Positions 8,671 to 18,406 of a stretch of DNA of 36,300 bases are shown in pieces. The stretch is from IMG/VR virus record IMGVR_UViG_3300037467_002472, positions 1 to 36,300 of that record; one strand, written 5' to 3'. The notes under the pieces were generated by a model. It ran no database searches. It saw only the letters and a list, made by a program, of their open reading frames with translations, and was not told the DNA's origin. How positions within the stretch are numbered: the first letter of the stretch is position 1; each line of letters opens with the position of its first letter. The position numbers and the translations under genes are program-made. This DNA is from a virus (lineage: Duplodnaviria > Caudoviricetes).

Positions 8671-9041
8671 TGCAGGGGAGCCTCCACGTACACGGTGGGC
8701 AACTTGGCGCCGTACTGGGTGATCGCCGAAATCTGGTAGGTCGGTGTCGCCGCGGGCTTCCGCGCTAGGGTCAACGCAGCGAAGTACGGCGCGAACCTCT
8801 TCTGCGTCAGCGTCATGAAGAGATCAGGGGCGACCTGCTGCTGCACTGAGCTCCGCGCCGGGATGCCCCAGTCGGCATGGTACGGCGACTCGTTGGTGTT
8901 GAGCTTCAACGCTTGCGCCAGCCAGGTGATGTAGACCTGCGAGCTGTCCCCCTTGGCATCGGTCTCGACGACCTGCCAGGGACCGAAGATTTGCCGGCCG
9001 TCGACAGTCTTGCCGATGACGGGACGTCCATAGATCCTCAT
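8667..9041 (-). CDS. Baseplate wedge / sheath initiator protein
   Basis: LKLNTNESPYHADWGIP motif; position between spike and J protein. Confidence 0.65.
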   Translation of the reverse strand: MRIYGRPVIGKTVDGRQIFGPWQVVETDAKGDSSQVYITWLAQALKLNTNESPYHADWGIPARSSVQQQVAPDLFMTLTQKRFAPYFAALTLARKPAATPTYQISAITQYGAKLPTVYVEAPLQ

Positions 9042-9700
9042 GGTCCCGGGATGTAGGGCGGGTGAATCGGAAGGTTGTTCGTCGTCACCGTCGCCCCCGT
9101 CACATAGTTGTCGATCGTCCAGGAGGTGCCGCCGTTGTAGGTCACCTGCGTCCCGTATCCGGCGACGTCCCAGCTGAAGGACTTGGCACCGAAGACGGTG
9201 ACATTGCCTTTGCCGTCGACCGCGAGGCGCACCATCGAACCGTTGGGGCCGGTCCCCTCGGTGCCGGCGTCTCTCGCGATGACACCGTTGTCGCCTGATA
9301 GGACCTGGGCCTTGGGGTCATCGCTAGCAGCGAGTCCCCCACCGCCCATCGCGAGAAAGCCGACCGCACTCAGGTTGCCTTGTGCCGCCATCGTTGCCGT
9401 ACCGCCGCCGAGTCCGGAGACCCCGCCGAGATAGACGTCCGAAGGAACGAGTAAGCCGGGATCACCCTTCTTCAGCGGGTAGCGGACATACTTCGGATAG
9501 AGCGCCGGACAGGTGACCTGCGGGAACTGCAGGACGGGGTCCTGCACTTCGATGTTCACCGTCACCACCGTCCCGGTCTCGTCCACAGAGTCCACCGTGC
9601 ACGGCAGGCTGCGACCCAGCGTTTCGAGGAAGTGGTCCATCATGGACTGCACGTAGAGCTGCAGGCTTTTGACCAGCGGGTTCTTCTGGGCGTCGTCCAT
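9038..9700 (-). CDS. Baseplate central spike (Gp138/gpV-like)
   Basis: SLPCTVDSV, YVRYPLKKGDPGLLV OB-fold-like N-terminus, beta-repeat C-terminus; synteny. Confidence 0.75.
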   Translation of the reverse strand: MDDAQKNPLVKSLQLYVQSMMDHFLETLGRSLPCTVDSVDETGTVVTVNIEVQDPVLQFPQVTCPALYPKYVRYPLKKGDPGLLVPSDVYLGGVSGLGGGTATMAAQGNLSAVGFLAMGGGGLAASDDPKAQVLSGDNGVIARDAGTEGTGPNGSMVRLAVDGKGNVTVFGAKSFSWDVAGYGTQVTYNGGTSWTIDNYVTGATVTTNNLPIHPPYIPGP

Positions 9701-10816
9701 CTAGGGTGCCGTCCCTCCGCCGGTCGTGCTGCTGGAGGCCCCGCTCGGAGTCGGGTTGATGATCACGCAGTCGAAGACCGTGCACCAACTCGCACCGTCG
9801 GCCTGACGGAAGCGGGCGAAGTGATGGACACCCCGCACTAGGAAGAGGCCTTGAAAGATCGCCTTGTTGCGCGCCGGCGAGCCGGGGACCGCTGCCGCGG
9901 GCGCCGTCACGACGTAGGGCGCCGCGAGTTGTTGCGGCATCTTGATGTAGTCGCCCACCGCGATATCGGCTCGAAGCACGGTCTTGAAGTTCATGGAAAC
10001 GGGATCGATGAACGTCGGCTGGCCGATCATGTCCTGGAACTTGATCTCGCGCGGCTTGCTCGAGCTCCAGTTCGCGTAGCCGTTATCCGTACCGTCGTAG
10101 ACCAGCACGGTCTTGCCGGTGATGCTGACGGAAACACCGTTCGTTGAGTACGGGATGCCGGTTGTCGTCTTGATGCCGTTGAACTGCTGCGACTTCGAAA
10201 CCCGCTTCAGCCAGTTCGCGAAGGAGCTCAGCTTGCTGTAGGTGCCCTTCTGGTCGTAGTTGAAGACGAACTGCGGCGAGACCGCGACCTTGACGTCATA
10301 GCCCGCATTTCCAAGTGCCGTGGTGATGCACTGCTTGATGGCCTGTGCCATGGGCTGGTTGGCCGGACAGGCGAACTGCAGGTTGACCTGCGTCTGCCCG
10401 CCTCCCGTCGGCGGCTGCAGGATCATGTCGAGCCGCATCTCGTTGCCGAGCCAATTGCCGAAGGCCTGGTAGATCGTGCCGGGGAGGATGAGGCCGGCCT
10501 GGTTGTCTTGACTCGCTGCTGTTGCCAGAGGAAGACCGGGCTTCATGCCGGCCCTGATCTCGATGTTCTTGCCGTTGAGATCGTTGGACTGCGCCAGTTC
10601 CTTGAGGCCGACACCCCACACTGTCAGCCGTGATCCGAACCAGGGCGTGTCGTAGGTCGTCAGCGGGATGTCCAGTTCGATGTCGAGCGCACCGGGAAGA
10701 GACTGGCCGTTCACGAAGCTGGTGAACGTCGACTGCACACCGGTCTTCTGCATGAATGAGGGCTGCACCAGCGCGCCCGACTTCGGGTCGGTGATCTTCA
10801 CATCGTAGTAGCGCAT
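9701..10816 (-). CDS. Baseplate hub protein
   Basis: MRYYDVKI, IEIRAGM, IYQAFGNW, DMIGQPTFI, LRADIAVGD motifs; synteny. Confidence 0.7.
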   Translation of the reverse strand: MRYYDVKITDPKSGALVQPSFMQKTGVQSTFTSFVNGQSLPGALDIELDIPLTTYDTPWFGSRLTVWGVGLKELAQSNDLNGKNIEIRAGMKPGLPLATAASQDNQAGLILPGTIYQAFGNWLGNEMRLDMILQPPTGGGQTQVNLQFACPANQPMAQAIKQCITTALGNAGYDVKVAVSPQFVFNYDQKGTYSKLSSFANWLKRVSKSQQFNGIKTTTGIPYSTNGVSVSITGKTVLVYDGTDNGYANWSSSKPREIKFQDMIGQPTFIDPVSMNFKTVLRADIAVGDYIKMPQQLAAPYVVTAPAAAVPGSPARNKAIFQGLFLVRGVHHFARFRQADGASWCTVFDCVIINPTPSGASSSTTGGGTAP

Positions 10817-10819
10817 GGC

Positions 10820-11317
10820 CTACGGCGAGACCTCGAATTGCTGCGTCGCCGTCCGAAACACGAGGCTGCTCTGCTGAAAAAACCCCCACGCCAAGTTCAC
10901 GTCGTAGGACGCCAGCCCCAATGTCGTCGCGATGCCGGGGTCTTGAGCCAGCGCATAGCTGAAGCTGTTCGGACCCGTCACCAGACAGGGAAAGGTCCCG
11001 TTGAGCGCGGCCGGCGTGCAGCCCGAGATCGTGAGCTCGATTTGCTGACCGACGGCGTAGCCGTGTGGTGCTGTCGTCGTAGCGCTGACATAGCCGTTCT
11101 GCCACGACAGCGTTTGCAAAGCCCGTCCTGGTGGCGAGCCGATCAGCGAGCGGAAGAAGATCAAGGTGCCGTTCAGGGCGCGGAGCGAGAGATACCAGCG
11201 CTGGCCAAACAGCAGCCATGGCACCGATGCCGTGTAGGACTGGCCATCCAATGTCGGCTGGAATTCGAACACCGGCGCGCCCAACGCCGGCGGCTGGAAG
11301 TTGAAGTAGGTCGTCAC
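10820..11317 (-). CDS. Baseplate plug-like protein with inserted beta-module
   Basis: FQPTLDGQSY..WLLFGQRWYL...NLAWGFF..SSLVFR; GTG start at 11317 overlaps upstream TGA. Confidence 0.68.
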   Translation of the reverse strand: MTTYFNFQPPALGAPVFEFQPTLDGQSYTASVPWLLFGQRWYLSLRALNGTLIFFRSLIGSPPGRALQTLSWQNGYVSATTTAPHGYAVGQQIELTISGCTPAALNGTFPCLVTGPNSFSYALAQDPGIATTLGLASYDVNLAWGFFQQSSLVFRTATQQFEVSP

Positions 11318-12120
11318 TGGCCGAGCGGCGCCAGAGGTGTCGACGTGATCTGGCCCGGCGCGATCGAGGCATTCCAACCCGCGATGCCCGTGAAGCCCGG
11401 TGCACCGAGGGAGGCCGCACCCGCCGTATTCGTCACGGCCGGGAGCAGCGCGTTACCGGTGCCGCCGATCGTTGCCGGGATCGTTGAACCGACCCCCGAC
11501 CAGGCCGGCGTCTGGCCACTGATCTGAGACGAATTCGACATCGCGCTCATCAAGGAGCTCTGCGCCGACTCGATGTCGGACAGCGTCAGCAGCGGCGCCT
11601 CGAAGTCGAAGGTCCACGTGTTCTGCGGCTGGCGCGTCGAGGGGTTGGAGGTATCCCGCAACGCCCGGAGCACGCAGGACGTGTAGACGAAGCTCGGCGT
11701 CAGCACGATGTAGCTGCCGCCCATGGTGTTATGCTGCTGCAGCGCGGCCTGCAGGGCTTGGAAGATCGCCAGCTTCAGGAAGTAGCCCAAGTTGCCCTTG
11801 GCCGTGGTGACCATGAGCATGGAGAACGTCAGCGGCTGCTGGATGACCGCATTGGTCGCGATGCCTTGGTTGCCGAACGGGTACCGCGCCAAGTCCTGAT
11901 TGAGGAGCGCCGCACCGGGCAGCGGTTCGAAGTTCGCGAAGAAGTCGTCGAGATCGAGGTTCTCGGCACCGGACAGCAGGCCGGTCGGGAAGTTGAGCGC
12001 TTCGGTGATCGCAACCAGTGGCAGCATGCCGCCCAGAGCCTTGGCGATGCCGCCCGTCAAAATCAGTGGAGAAAGTTGGAACGCCAACTTCCAGGCGGTC
12101 AGACCGACGCTGAGACTCAT
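11314..12120 (-). CDS. Baseplate/tail-tube initiator (Dit-like) protein
   Basis: Directly after tape measure; YPFGNQ..ATNAVIQQP, LTPSFVY, WTFDFEAPL motifs. Confidence 0.6.
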   Translation of the reverse strand: MSLSVGLTAWKLAFQLSPLILTGGIAKALGGMLPLVAITEALNFPTGLLSGAENLDLDDFFANFEPLPGAALLNQDLARYPFGNQGIATNAVIQQPLTFSMLMVTTAKGNLGYFLKLAIFQALQAALQQHNTMGGSYIVLTPSFVYTSCVLRALRDTSNPSTRQPQNTWTFDFEAPLLTLSDIESAQSSLMSAMSNSSQISGQTPAWSGVGSTIPATIGGTGNALLPAVTNTAGAASLGAPGFTGIAGWNASIAPGQITSTPLAPLGQ

Positions 12121-13934
12121 TGCAGGATACTCGGACCCGGCGTTCCGAAGCCGTTGACGCCACCAGCATTCGAAACGGTAGCGACGGCGCTGCCGCCGGT
12201 GTTGTTGTTGATCGTGACGTCGAAGCCGGCGCGGCGGAGATAGGCCTGGGTCTCGCCGTAGCCCCGTGGCAACTCGCGATCACCGTGGTCGCGGAGATAG
12301 TCGCCTGCCGTCGGACCACCGTTGTAGGCGGCAAGGATCTCGGCGACGTTGCCGTGGTAGCGCGCGCTCAGCTCGGCGAGGAGCTTGGTCGCCATCTCCT
12401 TGTTCTTGATCGGGTCATAGCGATCCTGGGGGTCGTAGCCGAGCCCCCGCGCAGTATCCGCCATGATCTGGTACTTGCCCACCGCTCCCTTGGGAGAGAT
12501 CTGCGGCTTGCCGTTGATGTCGGGGCTGCCCTCCAGCTTCGCAATCAGACCGAGCAGCTTCTCGTCGGCGGTCATCGACATGCCGGCGCCGGACATGGCG
12601 GGATCATCCGAGATCACGGTGCCATCGGGCAGCCTCTTCACACCCGGCGTGCCGCTGGAGGCACCCCCGCGGCTCCGTACGTACTCGTCGTATTTTCTCC
12701 GGATGTACGCGTCGTACTCGTGGCTGTTGGGGTCCTTGCCCTTGAAGTTCGGGTTCTCGTTGAAGACCTTGCTGCGATATTCGTCGTACGACATCGTGTG
12801 CGTCGGAAGAATACCGAGAGCACGCAGGCCTTGGGCAACAGCACGAGCCAGATTGCTGATGCCTGCGACGAGGTCGCGGACGTCCTGCTTGAATGCCGGG
12901 GTGTTCACATAATCCCCGAACTCCTTCAGCCCCTTGGCTACCCAGACGATGCCGTCCTTGAAGCCTTGGGAACTCAGCAGCGCCCTGACCGCTTCGCTCA
13001 GCCCCTCCGTGAGCTTGTTGAGCTGCGGCGCCAGCGGTGACAGCATCTCGATGAACGTCGACTTGATCTTGATCCCCGCCGACTCCAAGGCCATGTCGAA
13101 TTCCTGCATGTCCTTGAGGGCTTTCTCGGACACGCCGAACTGCTGGATGCGTCGCTTGTAGCCTTCCTGGTCGATCTCCTGATCGCTGGCGTTCTTGAGG
13201 CGGCGGAGGTCCTCCGTGCTGTAGCCCAGCGCGTCGAGACCGTAGGCCTTGGAGATGGTACCCAGCAGGTTGTCCGGTGTCCGCTGCGCCAGGGCGCGGA
13301 CCCGCTTCAGGGTCTCCTGTGCGGCTTCCGCGGTATCACCGCTTTGGCCCGGCACCATGCCCAGCGCGAACATGGCGCGGGCCTCGGCTGAGGAGACGTC
13401 ACCTCGAGCGGTGGAGACACCCTTGAGCAGGGTATCGGAATCGACGAAGCGGCCGTAGGTGACGCCGAAGGCGCGCTGTTCGCCGTAGGTCAGGCCCAAC
13501 CCGGTGGCTTCGCGCCGGCCGGCACCAGCAGATGCCGCGAGACGCTCTAGCCCCCAGATCGAGCCGCCAAGCCCGAGGCCCGCCGTCAGCGAGAAGATGC
13601 CGGTCCACTTCTCGAGCTGCCGGGTGGCGCCGACGACGTTGTTGAACACCGTCTTGGAGCTACGCCCCATGGCGTCCCACGAGAACGCGGCGCTCTTGGT
13701 GCCCTTGTCGACCTTGTCGACCTCTTCCGCGATCCGGTGTGTGGTTGCCAGTTGGGCGAGCATCAGAGCCGCCATGCTCTTGAAGCCGTCGGCCATCGCC
13801 TTGTTTTCTTTGGCGACGTCGGCCCAGATCTCGGGCTGCTTGTTCAGCAGCTCGTCGTACTTCTGGAACTCCTCCGTGAACCTGGAGAGGTTCGATTGAA
13901 CATCGATCGAGACGACCTTCTGCACGACAGGCAT
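12117..13934 (-). CDS. Tape measure protein with C-terminal soluble lytic transglycosylase domain
   Basis: Helical Ala-rich N-terminal part; SLT motifs LEGS, SPKGAVGKYQIM, LAAYNGGP, ETQAYL. Confidence 0.88.
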   Translation of the reverse strand: MPVVQKVVSIDVQSNLSRFTEEFQKYDELLNKQPEIWADVAKENKAMADGFKSMAALMLAQLATTHRIAEEVDKVDKGTKSAAFSWDAMGRSSKTVFNNVVGATRQLEKWTGIFSLTAGLGLGGSIWGLERLAASAGAGRREATGLGLTYGEQRAFGVTYGRFVDSDTLLKGVSTARGDVSSAEARAMFALGMVPGQSGDTAEAAQETLKRVRALAQRTPDNLLGTISKAYGLDALGYSTEDLRRLKNASDQEIDQEGYKRRIQQFGVSEKALKDMQEFDMALESAGIKIKSTFIEMLSPLAPQLNKLTEGLSEAVRALLSSQGFKDGIVWVAKGLKEFGDYVNTPAFKQDVRDLVAGISNLARAVAQGLRALGILPTHTMSYDEYRSKVFNENPNFKGKDPNSHEYDAYIRRKYDEYVRSRGGASSGTPGVKRLPDGTVISDDPAMSGAGMSMTADEKLLGLIAKLEGSPDINGKPQISPKGAVGKYQIMADTARGLGYDPQDRYDPIKNKEMATKLLAELSARYHGNVAEILAAYNGGPTAGDYLRDHGDRELPRGYGETQAYLRRAGFDVTINNNTGGSAVATVSNAGGVNGFGTPGPSILQ

Positions 13935-13946
13935 CGGGCGGCCTCC

Positions 13947-14285
13947 TCACCAGAGGGTCAGCGAGCGCCTCATCTCATAGATGGCTTTCACCATCTCGAG
14001 CGTGGCGCGATTGCGATAGGCATGGGCCGAAGCCCAAGGCCACGCCGGGGACTGGCCGAAGTAGTCGGACCAGCCCGGCCCCATCACCCAGCTCAGACCA
14101 GCGGCGACGACTGATTCGCCTCCGGGCTCCCGCCAGTATTCCCGTCCGGCGTCGGCATCTTCAAGGAACGCGCGAACTCCGTAGGCGTCGAGGATACGAT
14201 TTGCGCGCTGTAGATTTTCATCATCGGGAACACGTAGGCCTGCAGCTGCTTTTTGCTCTGGAGCCACGAGGCCGCCGTAAAAAAA
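13947..14285 (-). CDS. -1 frameshift extension of tail assembly chaperone (gpGT-like)
   Basis: -1 frame relative to 14093-14740, open from T TTT TTT heptamer (14279-14285) to stop at 13947, just before tape measure. Confidence 0.65.
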   Translation of the reverse strand, partial: FFYGGLVAPEQKAAAGLRVPDDENLQRANRILDAYGVRAFLEDADAGREYWREPGGESVVAAGLSWVMGPGWSDYFGQSPAWPWASAHAYRNRATLEMVKAIYEMRRSLTLW

Positions 14286-14740
14286 GCGGCGTTGCTCAGG
14301 ACCTCCTCGTGCTCGTCATCGGTGATGATGCCGTTCTGCTTGGCGACGGCGAGCGGGAAGGTCTTCCAGCCGTTGCCATCGGGGTCGAGCGCCACGACGG
14401 ACGTCAGCCGCTCGATTTCGGAGACGAAGCCCTGCTCGAGGTTCTTCAGGACGTCCGGACCTTCGCGCTCCGCGATCTCCCTGATCAGGATCAGGAAGAG
14501 GCGGCCAGCCATGGCCACACCGAAACCCTTGCCGTAGACCGTGGCCACGGCCTCGCCGAGCAAGATAGCGTAGCGATGGAAGACCTGCTTCGCGATCGGC
14601 GTGGAGTGGGCATAAAGCGTGTCCACGACGGGGACCTGCTCTTCCTTGCCTGTCGCCTCATCCTTCACCGACCTGAACCGGCCGGTGTCCTGCTCGATGG
14701 TCAGGACGAGGTTCAGCTTCCGATCAATCGTCGGTGCCAT
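14093..14740 (-). CDS. Tail assembly chaperone (gpG-like)
   Basis: Between tail tube and tape measure; acidic helical protein; internal slippery site. Confidence 0.75.
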   Translation of the reverse strand: MAPTIDRKLNLVLTIEQDTGRFRSVKDEATGKEEQVPVVDTLYAHSTPIAKQVFHRYAILLGEAVATVYGKGFGVAMAGRLFLILIREIAEREGPDVLKNLEQGFVSEIERLTSVVALDPDGNGWKTFPLAVAKQNGIITDDEHEEVLSNAAFFTAASWLQSKKQLQAYVFPMMKIYSAQIVSSTPTEFARSLKMPTPDGNTGGSPEANQSSPLV

Positions 14741-14767
14741 CTTCTTCTCCTGCTTCTTCTGCTACTG

Positions 14768-15217
14768 CTAGTTGAACAGAGACGAGTTGATCAGGTAGTA
14801 GCCGCCGATCGTGACCACGAAGCCGGCGTCCTCGCCGTTGAAGCTCATCTCGCGGATATTGCGGATCGCGCAGTTGTAGATCGGGTAGATCGGAATGCCG
14901 CCGCTGCTCTGCGGGACGTCCGGATAGACCTGGCCGTCGCCGATGAAAGTGCTGACGCGACGCTGGGCCTCGTAGAGCTGGGCGAGGTTCTGCGTCTTCA
15001 GCAGGTTCAAGGTGAGCAGGATCGGCTGGTAGGGCTCCGGTGATTGCACCTGGCCCGTCATCGTGTTGATGAACGTGGTCGCCTCACCATCGAAGCTGAT
15101 CGAGATGCCGGCCTTGCCCAAGAAGGGGGCCGTCACGTTCAGTGCCGCCTGATCGATCCAGTTCACCGAGCCGAGGACTCGATTGAGCTGGCCCTGCGGA
15201 ACCATGGGGTTGCCCAT
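14768..15217 (-). CDS. Tail tube protein
   Basis: 149 aa after sheath; MGNPMVPQGQLNR, TMTGQVQSPEPY, VTIGGYYLINS. Confidence 0.75.
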   Translation of the reverse strand: MGNPMVPQGQLNRVLGSVNWIDQAALNVTAPFLGKAGISISFDGEATTFINTMTGQVQSPEPYQPILLTLNLLKTQNLAQLYEAQRRVSTFIGDGQVYPDVPQSSGGIPIYPIYNCAIRNIREMSFNGEDAGFVVTIGGYYLINSSLFN

Positions 15218-15220
15218 CTA

Positions 15221-16879
15221 TCAGCCTCCCTGCACCGGGATTTCGTTGACGTCGAGATTCACGATGATCTTGTCGAAGCCCCGGTTGGGAGTCATGACCA
15301 CGGTGAGACCGCCGTAGAGCCCGATCTTGAAGTTGCCCGGGTTCAGCGTGAGGTAGGACGTGTAGGGCTGCGCGTTGACCACGGCCTGGCCGTCGTACAG
15401 GCCCGCCTCGAGGTTGGCGAGGAAGGTGGTCTGCGGCAGCCCGACCTGATTGGCGGTGCCGAACACCAGCCCCGCCGCGATGCCGGTGGCCATGGTGGCA
15501 GCCGCCACACCAGCCAGCCGGTTGATGCCATCCTGATTGTAGTAGAGCGGGTTCGTGGTGTTGTTCGACCCGTTGATGACGGCGTTCGACAGGTTGAGGT
15601 TGAGGTTGATGGCCGCCCAGTCGATCGCGTACCAGAAGTTGAACGGGTTGCCGTCGAGGTTATTGCCGCCGAAGAGGATGTTGAACGACACCCCGCCTTC
15701 GGAACCCGAACCGACATAGCTCCAGTTCGCGGCCGAGATCGCGGCGATGACGGCGCTGTTGCCCTTGAGCGGGAACGGGGTCACGCCGAAGAGCTCGCTG
15801 TATTCCAGGGGGGTCACCTTGTTGCCCGAGGAGGGCTGGTAGTTCAGCGTCGTGTAGAACATCGTGGCGATCGAGTATTCCGTCGCGGGAACACCGGCAC
15901 TGGCGTAGAAGTTCGCCACCAGCGTGCCCTCGACAGAGATCGCGCCCGGGTTGGAGGCGATGTTCGCGATCAGGGTGATACCCGTGGTGCCGGGCTGCGC
16001 CACGAACGTCCCGTTGTAGCCGGCCGGCGTGCAGCCGACGATGTTGAAGGTCTGGCCCGGGGCGACACCATGCGCCGAGGTCGTCGTGTAGGTCGCCTGG
16101 CCACCGGTCCACGACGCATTAGTCAGCACGTTGGAGGCCCAGGCCCCGGTGAACGGTGCTTCGATCAGACCGGCGACGCACTTCATCGCGCTGTTGTAGA
16201 GCGTGTAGTTCTGCAGGTTCGAGGTCGTGAAGAAGTAGGTCTTCGCGGTGTTGCTCTCGAAGCCGGCCAGGAACGTCAGGTAGGACGAGACGCCATCCCA
16301 GTTGCGCGGAACGAGGTACGAATAGAAGAACTGCGGTGACGCGTTGATGAAGGCGCTCAGGGCCGTGACGCCCGAAGCGGGCTCGCCGGCGCCGAGCTCC
16401 AGCACGTAGACCGGATTCTGGCCGCCCTGCCCGAAGTAGGACGTCGCGGCCGAGACCAAGTCACCGACGCCGCGCGGGCTGTAGCTGCCGGGCACCGTCG
16501 CCGGGGACGTACCCGGATTCGTGATCAGGTAGTAGATGAACGTCGTCGAGCCCGTCGCGATCGCGTTGTAGGTGCCGTTGTAGGTCGCCGGGGTCGCGCC
16601 GCTGATCGTGGTGACGAAGCTCTCGCCGACGGTGACACCATGCGCGGCTGACGCGGTTGCGGTGACCTCGCCACCATAGGCGTTGGACCACGACAGCGAG
16701 GTCAGCGAGATCGACGGGGACAGCAGCGGAGTCAGGTCCGCGAACTGGGTGAGCTCAGCATAGTTCTGCGCCCCGAGGATGGTGCCGCCCTGCGTGATGA
16801 GGGCACCGGTCCGCTGCAGCGTGCTCGGTGTCGGCGGCGTCTGAATCGAGACGTTGACTACGGTAATCGGATTGGCCAT
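15221..16879 (-). CDS. Contractile tail sheath protein with two inserted beta-modules
   Basis: YFGQ..VYVLELG, FYSYLVP, FNFWYAIDWAAINL, NPLYYNQDGINRL; upstream of tube. Confidence 0.85.
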   Translation of the reverse strand: MANPITVVNVSIQTPPTPSTLQRTGALITQGGTILGAQNYAELTQFADLTPLLSPSISLTSLSWSNAYGGEVTATASAAHGVTVGESFVTTISGATPATYNGTYNAIATGSTTFIYYLITNPGTSPATVPGSYSPRGVGDLVSAATSYFGQGGQNPVYVLELGAGEPASGVTALSAFINASPQFFYSYLVPRNWDGVSSYLTFLAGFESNTAKTYFFTTSNLQNYTLYNSAMKCVAGLIEAPFTGAWASNVLTNASWTGGQATYTTTSAHGVAPGQTFNIVGCTPAGYNGTFVAQPGTTGITLIANIASNPGAISVEGTLVANFYASAGVPATEYSIATMFYTTLNYQPSSGNKVTPLEYSELFGVTPFPLKGNSAVIAAISAANWSYVGSGSEGGVSFNILFGGNNLDGNPFNFWYAIDWAAINLNLNLSNAVINGSNNTTNPLYYNQDGINRLAGVAAATMATGIAAGLVFGTANQVGLPQTTFLANLEAGLYDGQAVVNAQPYTSYLTLNPGNFKIGLYGGLTVVMTPNRGFDKIIVNLDVNEIPVQGG

Positions 16880-16923
16880 GCGGCGCGCTCCCGGTCAGGC
16901 GTTGCGGTCAGGGGCGTGCGCGA

Positions 16924-17322
16924 TCAGTCGAAGCTGATGCTGTACTGAGGCGAGCCGCCGCCGGGGACCGCCGAGACCACGATGCCGACCTGGCAGGGCC
17001 AATCGAGCGCGATGACCTGCCCCGCGGTAAGGCTGCCGAAGGGGATCGACACGATCTGGTTGGCGGCCGATGCCGCGCCGGTCGTCGCGCAGTCGTTGAC
17101 GGTGAGCGCGCCCGAGGTCGTGCCCGGGGCCACCACGGTGATCTTGGCGAGCCGGCCCGGCGTGGCCTTGATCACCGCGGCCGCGGTCACCTGGAGAGCC
17201 GAGCTGTTGCCGCCGGACGAGACGAGGAGATTGCCCTCGCCATCGACATTCAGCGGCTGGTTGGGGCCGCTGCTGCTGCCGAGCAGACGCGCGACAAAGC
17301 TCTGGAAACCGTTCTGGGCCAT
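16924..17322 (-). CDS. Small virion-associated beta protein
   Basis: GGAG RBS; VIKATPGRLAKITVV, LDWPCQVGIVV; between neck and sheath. Confidence 0.6.
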   Translation of the reverse strand: MAQNGFQSFVARLLGSSSGPNQPLNVDGEGNLLVSSGGNSSALQVTAAAVIKATPGRLAKITVVAPGTTSGALTVNDCATTGAASAANQIVSIPFGSLTAGQVIALDWPCQVGIVVSAVPGGGSPQYSISFD

Positions 17323-17344
17323 CGTTGTAGCTCCTTGAGAGGGG

Positions 17345-18406
17345 TTAGTCGTTGATGAGGATGTCTTCGCTGGCGACGAGGCAGCTCGTGATCAGCTGGC
17401 GGGCGACGTCACGCATGGTCGATTGGAGGTAGCTGACCTCGAAGGTGATGCGCTTTTTCATGGCGAGCGTGAGCAGCTCGGCCTGCGTTTCCTTGACGTC
17501 ACGAACCGTCGGCATGTTGGTGATGCCGAAGACCTCGGTGTCGGTGCCGTAGGCGATCGCGGCATCTTGAAACGTCAGCGCCGCCGCATTGTTCAAGCCG
17601 AAGAGCGTGATGCGGACCCGATCTCGAGCAAGCTGCTGATGCGAGGCCGTCGGCCCCAGCGTCGGGAACGCCGCCACGACATCGGTGTCTTCTTCACCGA
17701 TGTGCACGGCGCCATAGGGCGGCGGCAGGTTCTGGGGCACGGCAAAGGACGGATAGAGCGGCACCGCAGGGAACGGCAGCAGCACCGGGTATGGCGGCGC
17801 GTAGGTATTGATCGCCAGCCAGGCCGGCAGGGAGTTCGAGATGACGAGACCGCGGCCAGCGAAGGTTGCCGGATCGTCGACCAGCTGGGTAGCCATCGTC
17901 GGATTGACCGCCATGCCGGTGTAGTGCCAGAGGCCGGCCTGACGATAGAAGCTCGAGCGACCCGAGAAGGCGTAGCGGCGCCCCTCGGCTGTGGCGACAT
18001 AGAGCGTATCCAGACCGACCTTGTTCAGGAACTGCACCTCCTGCTCGGAGGTGAAGGTGATCAGGTCGTCGGCGTTGTTGGTCTCCTCGCCCTGCTTCAT
18101 CGTCGTGGACAGATGCAGCGAGCCTCGGACCACTGCGGTGTTGTCAACGACACCCGCCGCCGCACTGGCGTTGAAGGGTGCGGTGTTGAAGGCGAAGGTG
18201 TTGAACGCTGCTGCCCTGGCAAGGACGCCGGGCGTGATCAGCGGTGCCGCCACCCAGAACACGAAGCCATCCAATGGCAGCACGAGCCGGTTGTACTGCC
18301 GGAACGTGATCTCCTGGTTCTGGCTGATCGCCCGCTCGCTCTGCCGCAGACCGGCAGCGAGCGGCGACGCATTGCCGCCACCAATGGCCTCGTCGACGGT
18401 GGGCAC
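17345..18406 (-). CDS. Head-tail joining / tail completion protein
   Basis: LVLPLDGFVFWV, FYRQAGLWHYTG, ISNSLPAWL, LYPSFAVPQNLPPPY; neck-module position. Confidence 0.6.
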   Translation of the reverse strand: MPTVDEAIGGGNASPLAAGLRQSERAISQNQEITFRQYNRLVLPLDGFVFWVAAPLITPGVLARAAAFNTFAFNTAPFNASAAAGVVDNTAVVRGSLHLSTTMKQGEETNNADDLITFTSEQEVQFLNKVGLDTLYVATAEGRRYAFSGRSSFYRQAGLWHYTGMAVNPTMATQLVDDPATFAGRGLVISNSLPAWLAINTYAPPYPVLLPFPAVPLYPSFAVPQNLPPPYGAVHIGEEDTDVVAAFPTLGPTASHQQLARDRVRITLFGLNNAAALTFQDAAIAYGTDTEVFGITNMPTVRDVKETQAELLTLAMKKRITFEVSYLQSTMRDVARQLITSCLVASEDILIND

